Assembly: GCA_051859245.1 (NCBI GenBank)
Contig: JBHYGA010000001.1
Location: forward strand, 320,001 to 384,000
Origin: Gemmatimonadaceae bacterium
Lineage (GTDB): Bacteria; Gemmatimonadota; Gemmatimonadetes; Gemmatimonadales; Gemmatimonadaceae
Length of the DNA: 64,000 bases
Direction: 5' to 3'
The position numbers and the translations under genes were made by a program. Numbering within the stretch: the stretch's first letter is position 1; each line of letters begins with the position of its first letter. This document shows positions 1 to 9,500 of the stretch, one piece after another. A model generated the notes under the pieces. The model searched no databases, was not told the DNA's origin, and was given only the letters and a program-made list of their open reading frames with translations.

Positions 1-98
1 GTGGGGAACGAGGATGCCGAAGTGGCCACCACGTCGATTCGGCGCTACCTTCTCGCCGCTTGCGTACCGATGGCCACCTCTTCTTCGGGTCTCTCGCC

Positions 99-1322
99 AT
101 GAACGATAACGCGTCGCGCATCACTCGCCGCCACTTGCTCGGGTCAGTCGCGGGCGCCACTGCCGCGTTGGCGCTGTCGCCGAAGGGCGCGATGGCCGAA
201 GTGGTACCGCGCCCGGCGCACGGAGCGTCTGACGAGTCAGGCGCGGGAGACCCGCTCGCCAGCATCTCTGATTTCGAGATCGCGGCTCGTGTGCGCATGT
301 CCTCTATGGCGTATGAGTACGTGAGTGGCGGTGCGGGGGACGAAAAGACGCTTGCGTGGAATCAGAGTGCCTACAGCGAGATCAAGCTGCGGTCTCGCGT
401 ACTGGTTGACGTGTCGCAGTTGGACACGTCGGTACAGTTGTTCGGTCGCACACTGTCGCATCCCATTCTGCTGGCTCCTACAGCGTACCACAAGCTCGTG
501 CATGCCGACGGTGAGATTGCAACGGCCCGCGGCGCCGCGGATGCCGATACCACAATGATCGTCAGTTCATTCGCGACGGTACGCATTGAAGAGATCGCAC
601 GCGCCGTGCCAGGCGCACCACTCTGGTTTCAATTGTACGTGCAACCTGATCGTGAGTTTACGCGTGCGTTGGTGCAGCGTGCTGAAGCCGCAGGCTGTCA
701 AGCGCTGTGTCTCACCGTAGACACACCCGTACTCGGTGCACGCAACCGCGAAACACGGATCGCGTTTCAGCTACCTGCCGGTATGAGCCGTGCAAATCTT
801 GAGAGCCTGTCGGCCGCAACCGCGAGCAGCTCGCATCGTCCGCCGGAAGGGGCGATCTACAGCGAAGTGCTGGAGCCGAGGCTTACCTGGAAAGACGTGG
901 AGTGGTTGCGTGGCATTGCGAAGGTGCCGGTGTTGTTGAAGGGTGTTCTCGATGCAGAGGACGCGAAGCGCGCCGTAGATGCGGGCGTGCATGGCCTGAT
1001 CGTCTCGAATCATGGCGCGCGCAATCTGGATACGGTGCCGGCCACGGTAACGGCGCTTCCGCGCGTCGCAGAAGCCGTCAACGGTCGACTGCCCATTCTG
1101 TTAGACGGCGGGATACGTCGCGGAACTGATGTGCTCAAGGCGCTCGCGCTAGGCGCAACGGCGGTCGCGATTGGCCGGCCGTACCTCTACGGTTTAGCCG
1201 TAGACGGCACGGCCGGTGTACGTCGAATCATTCAGATTCTGCAGACGGAGTTCGAGATGGCGATGGCGCTCACGGGACGCACGTCAATCTCGGCGATTGA
1301 TCACACGGTGCTGTGGGAGTGA
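99..1322 (+). CDS. FMN-dependent alpha-hydroxy acid oxidase/dehydrogenase (glycolate oxidase/LldD family) with Tat-like signal peptide
   Basis: Motifs YVSGGAGDE, PILLAPTA, WFQLY, LTVD, LLKG, VSNHGARNLD, DGGIRRGTDVLKALALGA, GRPYLYGL. N-terminus ITRRHLLGS...AMA. ATG at 99 preferred over the ORF start at 60. Confidence 0.92.
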   Translation: MNDNASRITRRHLLGSVAGATAALALSPKGAMAEVVPRPAHGASDESGAGDPLASISDFEIAARVRMSSMAYEYVSGGAGDEKTLAWNQSAYSEIKLRSRVLVDVSQLDTSVQLFGRTLSHPILLAPTAYHKLVHADGEIATARGAADADTTMIVSSFATVRIEEIARAVPGAPLWFQLYVQPDREFTRALVQRAEAAGCQALCLTVDTPVLGARNRETRIAFQLPAGMSRANLESLSAATASSSHRPPEGAIYSEVLEPRLTWKDVEWLRGIAKVPVLLKGVLDAEDAKRAVDAGVHGLIVSNHGARNLDTVPATVTALPRVAEAVNGRLPILLDGGIRRGTDVLKALALGATAVAIGRPYLYGLAVDGTAGVRRIIQILQTEFEMAMALTGRTSISAIDHTVLWE

Positions 1323-1332
1323 CGCCGCAGGC

Positions 1333-2166
1333 CTATCGACGATCAATAATCACTTCCAGATACTCGCTTGGCAGTACCAGGGTCTCGTCACCTGAGCGGT
1401 TGTGCGATTCCATGAGCACCAGGAGGTCCTCGGTGAACGCGGCCTGGCGATCAGCATCGAGTGCGGCGAACGTTTTGTTCATCGGACCATAGAAGGTCCG
1501 AAACACTTCGATCCAGTGCACTGGCGAGCGGTAGCGAAAGACAAAATCGCGGCTCGTGATGTGAATCGCGGTGGCTGCGTCGCCAAATAGCTCCTCCAAT
1601 CGACCGCGCGTGCCCCAGAGACTTGGTGACTGCATACCGGCCGCAGGTGGGATGTATTTGCCGATGATTTTGAACAGTTGACCGATGAAGCTTTCCGGCG
1701 TCCAGTTCGCGAGGCCGATGCTGCCACCAGATCTGCACACGCGCGCGAGCTCAGACGCCGCTTGCGCTTGATTCGGTGTGAACATGACTCCAAACGTCGA
1801 TACCACGTGGTCGAACGACGCGCTGGCGAACGGCAGATTCTCGGCGTCCGCTTCCTGAAACTGAATGGTGAGTCCGTCAGCGTGCGCTCGAGTACGCGCA
1901 GACTCGAGTAGCGACGGCACGTAGTCTGTGGACGTGACATCACACCACCGGCGCGCTGCGGCGAGCGACGCGTTGCCATTGCCTGCCGCGACGTCGAGCA
2001 CGCGAGTGCCGGAGCGCACATCCATGGATTCGCAAAGCTGCTCACCAACGATTTGCAGTGTGGTCCCGATCACGGCGTAGTTCCCGGTGGCCCAGGCGAG
2101 CTGCTGACGAGTCTTGACGGCAACAAGGTCAGGGGCGGCGGGCGCGATGAGTGTGTCCTGTGACAT
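1333..2166 (-). CDS. Class I SAM-dependent methyltransferase (UbiE-like/Methyltransf_11)
   Basis: SAM motif I VLDVAAGNG; ADAENLPF; FDHVVSTFGVMF. Confidence 0.9.
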   Translation of the reverse strand: MSQDTLIAPAAPDLVAVKTRQQLAWATGNYAVIGTTLQIVGEQLCESMDVRSGTRVLDVAAGNGNASLAAARRWCDVTSTDYVPSLLESARTRAHADGLTIQFQEADAENLPFASASFDHVVSTFGVMFTPNQAQAASELARVCRSGGSIGLANWTPESFIGQLFKIIGKYIPPAAGMQSPSLWGTRGRLEELFGDAATAIHITSRDFVFRYRSPVHWIEVFRTFYGPMNKTFAALDADRQAAFTEDLLVLMESHNRSGDETLVLPSEYLEVIIDRR

Positions 2167-2280
2167 GGCGTAGTTCCTGGCGAAGGGAGACGAAGCGAGT
2201 GCAACGCGATGTCAGCACGATACCGAGCGAGGCGTACACCTCGCTTCGCCGCTTCCGGCCATCTTTTACGCATCGCTGAA

Positions 2281-2300
2281 AATGGCCCGTACGGGCCATT
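2281..2300. promoter_or_regulatory. Perfect 20-bp palindrome AATGGCCCGTACGGGCCATT, probable LuxR-family operator
   Basis: Exact inverted repeat between the LuxR-regulator stop and the methyltransferase start. A degenerate second copy lies at 2244-2263. Confidence 0.6.
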
Positions 2301-2310
2301 CACGAATTGC

Positions 2311-3972
2311 TCAGAGCAGTGCGAGTCGCGCCGCGTGGGCAACGGCGGCAGACCGCGAAGGCACGCCGAGTTTGGTGAGCGTGTTCGCGACATGCCGGTG
2401 TACGGTGTGCTCACTGATACCGAGCTGTTCGGCGATGGCCGGGTTACCGAGACCGTTCGCAATCAGACGCAGCACTTGCAGCTGGCGTTTGGTGAGTAGT
2501 GCGTTTGGGCCTGACGTAGACGTCTCCGCAGGAGCACTGAGCAATGCATGCAGTCGACGCGCCCGATCTAACTCAACCGTCGCCTCCAGTGGTGCGAGCA
2601 CCGCGATCGCGCGTTCGACTTCACGCGCGGCCGCCGGATGTCGCTCCAGGGCAATCAGCGTGGCGGCCAAATCGAGCCCCGCACGACCGCGTTCAAACAA
2701 CGCCCCGCTTTTCTGAAATAAGTCGACGGCGTCTTCAAAATACGTCCGCGCCGCCTCGAGTTCACCCAAGCCATGTGAGACAACGCCGGACGCCAGTTTT
2801 TCCGATCCGCGCAGTGGCGCAGTGAGCGCCTGATTCGCGATGTCTCGCAACTCGAGTAGCGCAGCGCCTGCGCTGGCCATTTCGCCGCGCGCAACGCGCG
2901 CTCGCACCAGCAGCTCAAGCGCGGCAACGCGCTCCGTTCGGTTGTGCGGCGGGAGTTGACGCAGATGACGCTCCGCAAGATTGTCGGCCGTCTCCCAATC
3001 GTTGCGATCCAGCGCGACGGCCGCATGTCCGACGGCGGCGAGCGGGTGCGATCCTGAACGATCGAACAGACTGGTTGCCTCGTCCAGCTTACCTTGTCGC
3101 CGACGCAGTTCTCCCAATCGTACAAGCGCTTCGGCGACCATGCCGGGACGACTGGCCGCGAGTTCTTTACTAGCTGCTTCGAGTTCAGCTTCTGCTTCTG
3201 TCCACGCTCCCCGCCACATGCATGCGGAGGCGTACTGCGTTCGACACACCGCGAACAGCACACGGAACTCCCATCGCGCACAAAACTCTCGTAGGCGGGC
3301 GCACCACTGCACCGCGCGATCGTAGTCGCGTACACGATCGCACGCGGCGATGAGGTAGCAACACGCCAGACCGATCGACACCCGGTCTGTCATTTCGCCG
3401 GCCAGCACAGCGGCGTTCACACTATCGAGTTCCGCCATGCCTTCCGGAATTCGACCTGACGTTGCGAGCGCGAAGCCACGCAAAGCGCGACCCACCAACT
3501 CGTGATCGATCGCCCCCGAGGTTTTGCCCGCGATGATCGCTTCCTCGGCGTGCGCGAGTGCCGCTTCGGGGTTGCCATGATCGAGCAACTCAAACGCCGC
3601 CTCACGCACCGAGAGCCAGGCGTACTCGGCTACGTCGTGATGGCCGACCAGTAGTTCGCGCGCACGCTTGAGCCACCCACTGGCGACTGCGTATTCACCG
3701 CGAAACGCATCGTGATCCCACGCCAACCAGACGGCAACCCGAGCCGCCGAAATCTCGTCGCCCCGAGCGCGATAGGCACGGTACGCGCGCTCTCGCGATG
3801 CGAAGACCACGTCCGACAGATCCAACCACCATGCCGCCAGTCCCTGTCCCTCAAGCGCCTCTGCGTTGTCCGGTTGCGCTGTCGATGCCGCATCAAAGGC
3901 CCGGTAGGATTCGCTCCACGCGCCACGTGCCAGGGCATCATTGCCCGCGAGCACCAATCCGTTTTGCGTCAA
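2311..3972 (-). CDS. TPR-like helical domain plus C-terminal LuxR HTH transcriptional regulator
   Basis: C-terminal LTKRQLQVLRLIANGLGNPAIAEQLGISEHTVHRHVANTLTKLGV is a LuxR HTH, preceded by Ala-rich helical repeats. TTG start. Confidence 0.88.
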   Translation of the reverse strand: MTQNGLVLAGNDALARGAWSESYRAFDAASTAQPDNAEALEGQGLAAWWLDLSDVVFASRERAYRAYRARGDEISAARVAVWLAWDHDAFRGEYAVASGWLKRARELLVGHHDVAEYAWLSVREAAFELLDHGNPEAALAHAEEAIIAGKTSGAIDHELVGRALRGFALATSGRIPEGMAELDSVNAAVLAGEMTDRVSIGLACCYLIAACDRVRDYDRAVQWCARLREFCARWEFRVLFAVCRTQYASACMWRGAWTEAEAELEAASKELAASRPGMVAEALVRLGELRRRQGKLDEATSLFDRSGSHPLAAVGHAAVALDRNDWETADNLAERHLRQLPPHNRTERVAALELLVRARVARGEMASAGAALLELRDIANQALTAPLRGSEKLASGVVSHGLGELEAARTYFEDAVDLFQKSGALFERGRAGLDLAATLIALERHPAAAREVERAIAVLAPLEATVELDRARRLHALLSAPAETSTSGPNALLTKRQLQVLRLIANGLGNPAIAEQLGISEHTVHRHVANTLTKLGVPSRSAAVAHAARLALL

Positions 3973-4111
3973 GGGACCTACACGCGAGTGCGTGGCGAAG
4001 AGACAGAAGCGCCGGAGTTGGCGCGGCGGGCACCAAGACGTTAGCGCCGAGTCTTGGCATGAACAAGCAGCGCCGAAGGTGACGATATTGGTATCGCGTG
4101 CGTTCCGCGGT

Positions 4112-4157
4112 CAGGTGACCGACAGGTGATGCGCGGGTGACCGGAGGTGTCGGGTGA
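4112..4157. repeat. Phased heptamer direct repeats CRGGTGA
   Basis: CAGGTGA at 4112 and 4123, CGGGTGA at 4134 (11-bp period), GAGGTGT at 4144, CGGGTGA at 4151, all in a divergent intergenic region. Confidence 0.5.
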
Positions 4158-4224
4158 GCGATCGAGGGAGCCAAACTCCATGCCGTGCAGGTTGGCACTC
4201 ACCTTTCGATGAGGGTACGACGTC

Positions 4225-5286
4225 GTGATCGTTTTCGGACAGCTGTTGGCTTTGGGGCTCGTTGCCACGCTCTTCACCTTGGCGCGCATGCAGCTGGCCG
4301 GAGCGCCAGGTGGAGATGGTGGCGTTGGATACGCCTGGGCAATGATGATCGGACACGCCGCCGTGCTTGCCCTGTTGCTGGCCCTCACCGCTGTTGTTGG
4401 GCTTTCGGGGCGGTTACCGGCGACATACTTGGGCTGGAGCCAGCGACTCGTGCCGGCATTGCTCTTTGTTGGCGTGAGCAGCGGCCTTGCGGCCATGGTT
4501 GCCATGGAATCACCGACAGGTGGCGTGCATCCGTTGAGCGTGCGTGCGGCGATCCGGTTGGCGCCGCTCCTGGTGCCGTTTTTTCTCACGCTGACCGGCG
4601 CGCTGCTCTTGAGTGCACCGTCACTACGCGAGGCATTGGTTGCCTGGCCGACTCGGCTGCTCTCGCTGGTGCTGATCGGCTCAGTCGCGTCCACTGTTGT
4701 GCTGCTTGCCCCCAACGCGATTCGATGGATCGACGTGCAGCGACAGTTGGCAAGTCGTGATCCGGATGCACTCGATTCCTTTCAGCAGCAGGTACTTGAC
4801 GGCGTCAATGCAGCCGATCCGTCGAGGCAGTTTGCGTCGCTGCTCGAGGCAACGCGCGATGGCAACCATCGCACGATCCGCGAGCGCGCGCTGACCCGGA
4901 TTCACGAGGTGCCCGACTGGGAAGATCGGTTACGCTCCGAACTCTCCGACGGTAATGCCCACGCCGCGTTCACCTATTTGGCATCCGCCGATGTGTCAAC
5001 TCCACGCACGTTTCTGGACGCCGCCATCGCCGGCGTTTCAGCTGAGGCGGAACGCGTTCGCACGCGCATGGGAAACGCCTCACATTCCTCGCACCTGTAC
5101 GAAGGATTGATGGCTCGGGACGTTGATGCGATTCTTCGCTCGCTCTCAAAGCTGCCAGCCGACGACACGCGTCTGCATGCCGCATTGCGCGACCTGCGTG
5201 CGGCGTTCGCCGAACCAACACCGTGGCCGCACCCACCATATCGCGCGGTCGCCGAAATCGATCAATGGCTACGTCGCCACTCCTGA
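4225..5286 (+). CDS. Hypothetical membrane protein (about 5 N-terminal TM helices plus soluble helical C-terminal domain)
   Basis: 353-aa ORF with a hydrophobic N-terminal half; no family recognised. Confidence 0.7.
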   Translation: MIVFGQLLALGLVATLFTLARMQLAGAPGGDGGVGYAWAMMIGHAAVLALLLALTAVVGLSGRLPATYLGWSQRLVPALLFVGVSSGLAAMVAMESPTGGVHPLSVRAAIRLAPLLVPFFLTLTGALLLSAPSLREALVAWPTRLLSLVLIGSVASTVVLLAPNAIRWIDVQRQLASRDPDALDSFQQQVLDGVNAADPSRQFASLLEATRDGNHRTIRERALTRIHEVPDWEDRLRSELSDGNAHAAFTYLASADVSTPRTFLDAAIAGVSAEAERVRTRMGNASHSSHLYEGLMARDVDAILRSLSKLPADDTRLHAALRDLRAAFAEPTPWPHPPYRAVAEIDQWLRRHS

Positions 5287-5293
5287 GGAAACC

Positions 5294-5923
5294 GTGAACG
5301 ACACGATGCAGCAGGCACTCGCGAACGTGGATGCAGTTCGTGACTTGCTCGAACGCGAGCGACTTGCGGTCGCTGACGCGCTCATGGCCGCAACGGAGGC
5401 GCGTCGCGACGCCGAGCGAAACGGAGCCCGCATCGCTGACGAGTATTTTGAAGAGCGTCGGGCGCAGCTGATTGCGCATACGCGCTATGAACTGATTTTG
5501 TCACTGGCGGTCAAGCATTTGTCGGCCGGCGTGTCAGAGAGCGAAGTGGCGCGGTGGCTCGATGCCGATAGTGAAGTGATGCGTCGCGCGAACGCGCTGG
5601 TGGCGCGTCGTGAAATCGAGCGTGTCGCGCCTGAAGGACCGCACAACGCGACGCTGCAGTTTGTGAGTAAAGGCCGAGGTGGCACGGTCGTCTATGCGGA
5701 TGATCGCACCACTTTCAATATGTGGTGGGAGTTCGCGCTCGAGCCCGCGGTCGCCATTATCGGCATTGCGAATCGCGCGGCGTGGGAGCAAACAACCGGG
5801 ATCTCACTCGAAGAGCGCGATGCAACGCTGAACTGGATTGCCGCCCGTGCGCTGCACGATCAGGTGCCGAGTGGAGGGGCGTTCCGCGTGGACGAAAATC
5901 ACATCACCCTGTACGGCGCATGA
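5294..5923 (+). CDS. Hypothetical protein
   Basis: GTG at 5294 after GAGGA, 7 bp downstream of the previous stop. Helical N-terminus; C-terminal GRGGTVVY...WWEF...WE domain. Confidence 0.65.
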   Translation: MNDTMQQALANVDAVRDLLERERLAVADALMAATEARRDAERNGARIADEYFEERRAQLIAHTRYELILSLAVKHLSAGVSESEVARWLDADSEVMRRANALVARREIERVAPEGPHNATLQFVSKGRGGTVVYADDRTTFNMWWEFALEPAVAIIGIANRAAWEQTTGISLEERDATLNWIAARALHDQVPSGGAFRVDENHITLYGA

Positions 5924-6034
5924 AGTCGCTGAGCAGTCGCGGCTATCCGGCATCACGGCGGAGCTTCTGGACAGGACCGGCGGACGGCTGCAAGGTATAG
6001 CACCTCATAATCCTGCTCTCACCGGAGGTGTCCC

Positions 6035-7057
6035 GTGGGGATCGTTCGCAAGGTGGCCATCGGCGTGGGTGGTTTGCTCGGTCTGCTCGTGGTGCTTGGC
6101 GGCGGTGCGTATGTCTGGGCGTCCAGCGCGACGCGCGCCAAGCTTGAAACGGTACGCGAAGTGCATCGCGTCGATTTCCCGATTCCGTTTCCGCTCTCCG
6201 ATGAGGAAGTGGCAGCGCTCGGTGCCGAACGACTCGCCAACGGTATTGTCGCCCAAGGTGACGACCCGATTGAAGGTCTCGATGTAGACGCGATCGCCAC
6301 CGAACGCGCAGTGTCGCGCGGCAAGCATTTGGTCAGCACGTTCTACGCGTGCGTCGAATGCCACGGCGACAACTTTGGCGGCGGCGTGATGGTTGACGAT
6401 CCCGCGATCGGACAACTGCTCGGACCCAACCTCACCCTCGGCTCAGGGTCGCGCACGCTGGAGTACACCGCGGCCGATTGGGATCGCATTGTGCGTCACG
6501 GTGTCAAACCGAATGGTGCGGGCTCACCAATGCCGTCGGTTGATTTTTTCAGTATGTCAGATCGCGAACTGTCCGACATTGTCACTTACATTCGTTCGCT
6601 TCCGCCCGTGAACCGGGACGTTGCGCCAGTGACGATAGGCCCCGTGGGCAAGATGCTTGTGGCAACAGGCCAGCTAAAACTGTCGGCGGACCATCATCCG
6701 ACAGCGCACAAGATCGAACACGCGCCGCTACCGCCGAACGCCGTGGCCGATGCAACATTCGGCAAACATCTCGCGCAAACGTGCAGCGGGTGTCACGGCC
6801 CGAACTTTGCGGGCGGTCCGATCATTGGCGGCCCGCCGGATTGGCCGCCAGCGGCGAATCTCACACCGGCAGGGCTGGTTGACTGGTCGTACGACGATTT
6901 CCTGCGTGCCATGAAAGAGGGCAAGCGCAAGAACGGCGTCGCGTTGCGTGAACCGATGTCCAACATCACGAAGTTCTCGCCCAACATGACCGAGATCGAG
7001 CTGCAAGCACTGTGGGCGTTCTTCAAGAGCTTGCCGCCACAACCAACGAGCAAGTGA
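6035..7057 (+). CDS. Membrane-anchored di-haem c-type cytochrome
   Basis: Two CxxCH motifs (CVECH, CSGCH), PNLT/ANLTP motifs, distal Met (PMP/PM), N-terminal TM helix, RBS GGAGG. Confidence 0.9.
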   Translation: MGIVRKVAIGVGGLLGLLVVLGGGAYVWASSATRAKLETVREVHRVDFPIPFPLSDEEVAALGAERLANGIVAQGDDPIEGLDVDAIATERAVSRGKHLVSTFYACVECHGDNFGGGVMVDDPAIGQLLGPNLTLGSGSRTLEYTAADWDRIVRHGVKPNGAGSPMPSVDFFSMSDRELSDIVTYIRSLPPVNRDVAPVTIGPVGKMLVATGQLKLSADHHPTAHKIEHAPLPPNAVADATFGKHLAQTCSGCHGPNFAGGPIIGGPPDWPPAANLTPAGLVDWSYDDFLRAMKEGKRKNGVALREPMSNITKFSPNMTEIELQALWAFFKSLPPQPTSK

Positions 7058-7058
7058 G

Positions 7059-7679
7059 TCACACGCCTTGAGCCCGCGAGGCTTCCAGCCGAGTATGCGG
7101 GTCAAGCAACGACACAAACCAACGCACTCCAATCGCGGTGCCGAGCAGTAGCAGACCTGTGCCCGCGTGCACCTGATCGCTCTCGAGGTAACTCGTGCAC
7201 AGGCGCGCAGGTGCGTCGCGTAACAGCAGACCGGTCACCGCGGCCATCCACGTCATGTTGCCGAGCACAAAGGCGTGCGTGACCGCGCTGGCGGCGCGCC
7301 AGGCATACCGAAGCAGTGCACCGGCGAGCAGCAATGACATCACCTTGAATACGTCAGCGATGCGCTGCGTAGCCGCAAGATCGAGGGCGCGCGGAACCAT
7401 CCACGTGGTCACAATGCTCGCTGACAGCAGCAGACCGGCTACGCCATTCGGGTCTACGCCGCGCACGAGGTGTGCCCATGGCCGGCTGACTTGGCCTGTC
7501 GCCGAGCGCCGGGGAGCACAAAGCATGGCGCCGGCAACAACCAGCAGCGGAATCTGCACCAGCATGTGCAATGACATGCGGGACTCAAGCGCGCGTGACA
7601 CTGGCGGCAGCAACAGCGCTACGGTGAGCGCGCCGCCGGCCCAACGTGAATGCACGCTCACGGAGCTGGCGCCTCCCAT
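7059..7679 (-). CDS. CtaG-like/DUF1404 membrane protein (cytochrome oxidase assembly-associated)
   Basis: LHMLVQIPLL, WMVPRALD and RLC motifs; multi-TM; last gene of the oxidase operon. Confidence 0.65.
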   Translation of the reverse strand: MGGASSVSVHSRWAGGALTVALLLPPVSRALESRMSLHMLVQIPLLVVAGAMLCAPRRSATGQVSRPWAHLVRGVDPNGVAGLLLSASIVTTWMVPRALDLAATQRIADVFKVMSLLLAGALLRYAWRAASAVTHAFVLGNMTWMAAVTGLLLRDAPARLCTSYLESDQVHAGTGLLLLGTAIGVRWFVSLLDPHTRLEASRAQGV

Positions 7680-8350
7680 GCTTGCACCGCGGCCGCCAGC
7701 GCCTGATCAGGCGCGCTGATATCGACGATGCGTACAAGCTCACCGGCAGGATTCACCACGTGCAGCGCAGCATTGTGCACCCATTCACCGAGACCGTTGG
7801 GAATCACCTGCACGCCAAAGGTGTTGAGTAACGCATTGAGATCCGGCGTGCGAAGCGGCGTGGCCAGTGTCCAGATCGTTGGGTCAGCGCGCATCACGCG
7901 TCCGTGCATGGCGAGATGTGCCGGGTCGTCAAACGCCACATCAAACGAAATCGTCAGCAGACGCACACGGTCTTGCAGTCCGCGCTCGATGATCTGTTTC
8001 TGCAACTGCTGATAGGTACCACCGAGCGCGCTGCAGACCGTGATGCAACGCGTGTACACGAAATCCACGATCACCGCACGCGGGCGTGAAGGGCCGCGCA
8101 TTGAATCGCGCGCCTGATACAAATCGTCGAGGATGTTGTGCGTAGCGCCCGCGAAATCTCGCACATGAACGTCTGGTACAGCGCGCGGTGCCTCGCGCAC
8201 GGCCCGCGCCCGCGCGGCATCGGTCGTCAGCACGGCGAATCCCTCGGTGGCCCAGGCCAACAGCGACACGGACGCCGCGAGCGAACACACGAGTCCCACC
8301 GCGCTCTTCACGTTCACGGCACTGATGCCAGCTCGGCGCCACCGTTCCAC
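7658..8350 (-). CDS. SCO1/SenC family copper chaperone
   Basis: DFVYTRCITVC (CxxxC), LTISFD and conserved His (WVHN). The true start may lie slightly downstream. Confidence 0.88.
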   Translation of the reverse strand: MERWRRAGISAVNVKSAVGLVCSLAASVSLLAWATEGFAVLTTDAARARAVREAPRAVPDVHVRDFAGATHNILDDLYQARDSMRGPSRPRAVIVDFVYTRCITVCSALGGTYQQLQKQIIERGLQDRVRLLTISFDVAFDDPAHLAMHGRVMRADPTIWTLATPLRTPDLNALLNTFGVQVIPNGLGEWVHNAALHVVNPAGELVRIVDISAPDQALAAAVQAWEAPAP

Positions 8351-8895
8351 GATGTGGTGCGGTCAGCGGTTCGCACACGCTCCGTTGCCACGAGGTCAGG
8401 CAACACGACGGTGGCCGCATTGCCCCAGCTTGATCGGATGTAGGTCGCGATCGCCGCGATTTCTTCATCGCTCAGCGATTTCCAGGCCGGCATGAGTCCG
8501 TTGTACGTGACACCGTTCACGTCCATCGATCCCTGGATACCGTGCAACAGAATCTGAACGAGTCGCGTGTCAGATCCTGTGACCCACTCCGATGCGACGA
8601 GCGGTGGAAATACACCCGCCACGCCTTGTCCTGTTGCCTGATGACATCCCGCGCACTTGCCGGTGAAGAGCTGCGCGCCGTCTGCCGCACCCGCAGGCGC
8701 CGCGGCCAGTGCCGCGAGTGTGCGGCCGTCGCCAAGATTGGGATTGCCGCGCGCACTCGGACCGATGATGTACACGACACCCCACACGACCATCGCGGCG
8801 ACAAACACACCGAACAACCACGGCAATGGTCGGTTCGATTCGTCCGGGTCGTCATACTCACGTTGACGCGGTTGCTTGCGGGAACGATCGGTCAT
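8314..8895 (-). CDS. Mono-haem cytochrome c with CcoP-like N-terminal anchor
   Basis: EYDDPDESNRPLPW followed by a TM helix; CAGCH; FPPL; YNGLMPAW. Confidence 0.85.
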   Translation of the reverse strand: MTDRSRKQPRQREYDDPDESNRPLPWLFGVFVAAMVVWGVVYIIGPSARGNPNLGDGRTLAALAAAPAGAADGAQLFTGKCAGCHQATGQGVAGVFPPLVASEWVTGSDTRLVQILLHGIQGSMDVNGVTYNGLMPAWKSLSDEEIAAIATYIRSSWGNAATVVLPDLVATERVRTADRTTSWNGGAELASVP

Positions 8896-9500
8896 GGTAC
8901 GTCTCCTGTTTTCACGACCGGATACGTGCGGTCGAGCGAGAGCAGGTACGCGGTGAGATCGAGCGCCTCCTGTGTGGCCACAATACGTTCACCGCTGACC
9001 ACATAACCGGGTGGTAGCGAAACAATCACCTCGCCCGGTTGTGGCGCACCGCGCCGGCGTTCGAAGAGGAACGGATACGCCGGCATGATCGACCCGGGCG
9101 AATACGCACGCGGTTGGTAGAGATGACCGAGATGCCAATCACGGCTCGGCTGTCGCACCGCAATGTTGAACAAATCCGGACCGGTACGCATGGTGCCAAG
9201 CAGATGAGGTTTGTCGTACACGTAATCGGCCGGCACCGACGGGCGCCCCCAACCGCGTGCAACATCTGGCGCCACACTTGGATCGCGCGGCTGTTGCGAG
9301 TGACAATAAATGCAGCCGTGCGCAATGTACGATTGACGACCGCGCAACTGCTGCTCGGTGTATGGCGTGAGTCCTTCTGGGGGTGCGATATCGCTGAGCG
9401 CCACGTACGGCATGAGCACGAGCGCGCCGGTGGCAAACGCCATGATCGCGATTGCGCCCGCCGCGAGTTTGAAGACACTCACTTCGCCGTGACGTGTCAT
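8892..9500 (-). CDS. ccoO: cbb3-type cytochrome c oxidase subunit II
   Basis: GRQSYIAHGCIYCHSQQPR, GTMRTGPDL, WHLGHLYQPR, SIMPAYPFLF. Confidence 0.92.
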   Translation of the reverse strand: MTRHGEVSVFKLAAGAIAIMAFATGALVLMPYVALSDIAPPEGLTPYTEQQLRGRQSYIAHGCIYCHSQQPRDPSVAPDVARGWGRPSVPADYVYDKPHLLGTMRTGPDLFNIAVRQPSRDWHLGHLYQPRAYSPGSIMPAYPFLFERRRGAPQPGEVIVSLPPGYVVSGERIVATQEALDLTAYLLSLDRTYPVVKTGDVP

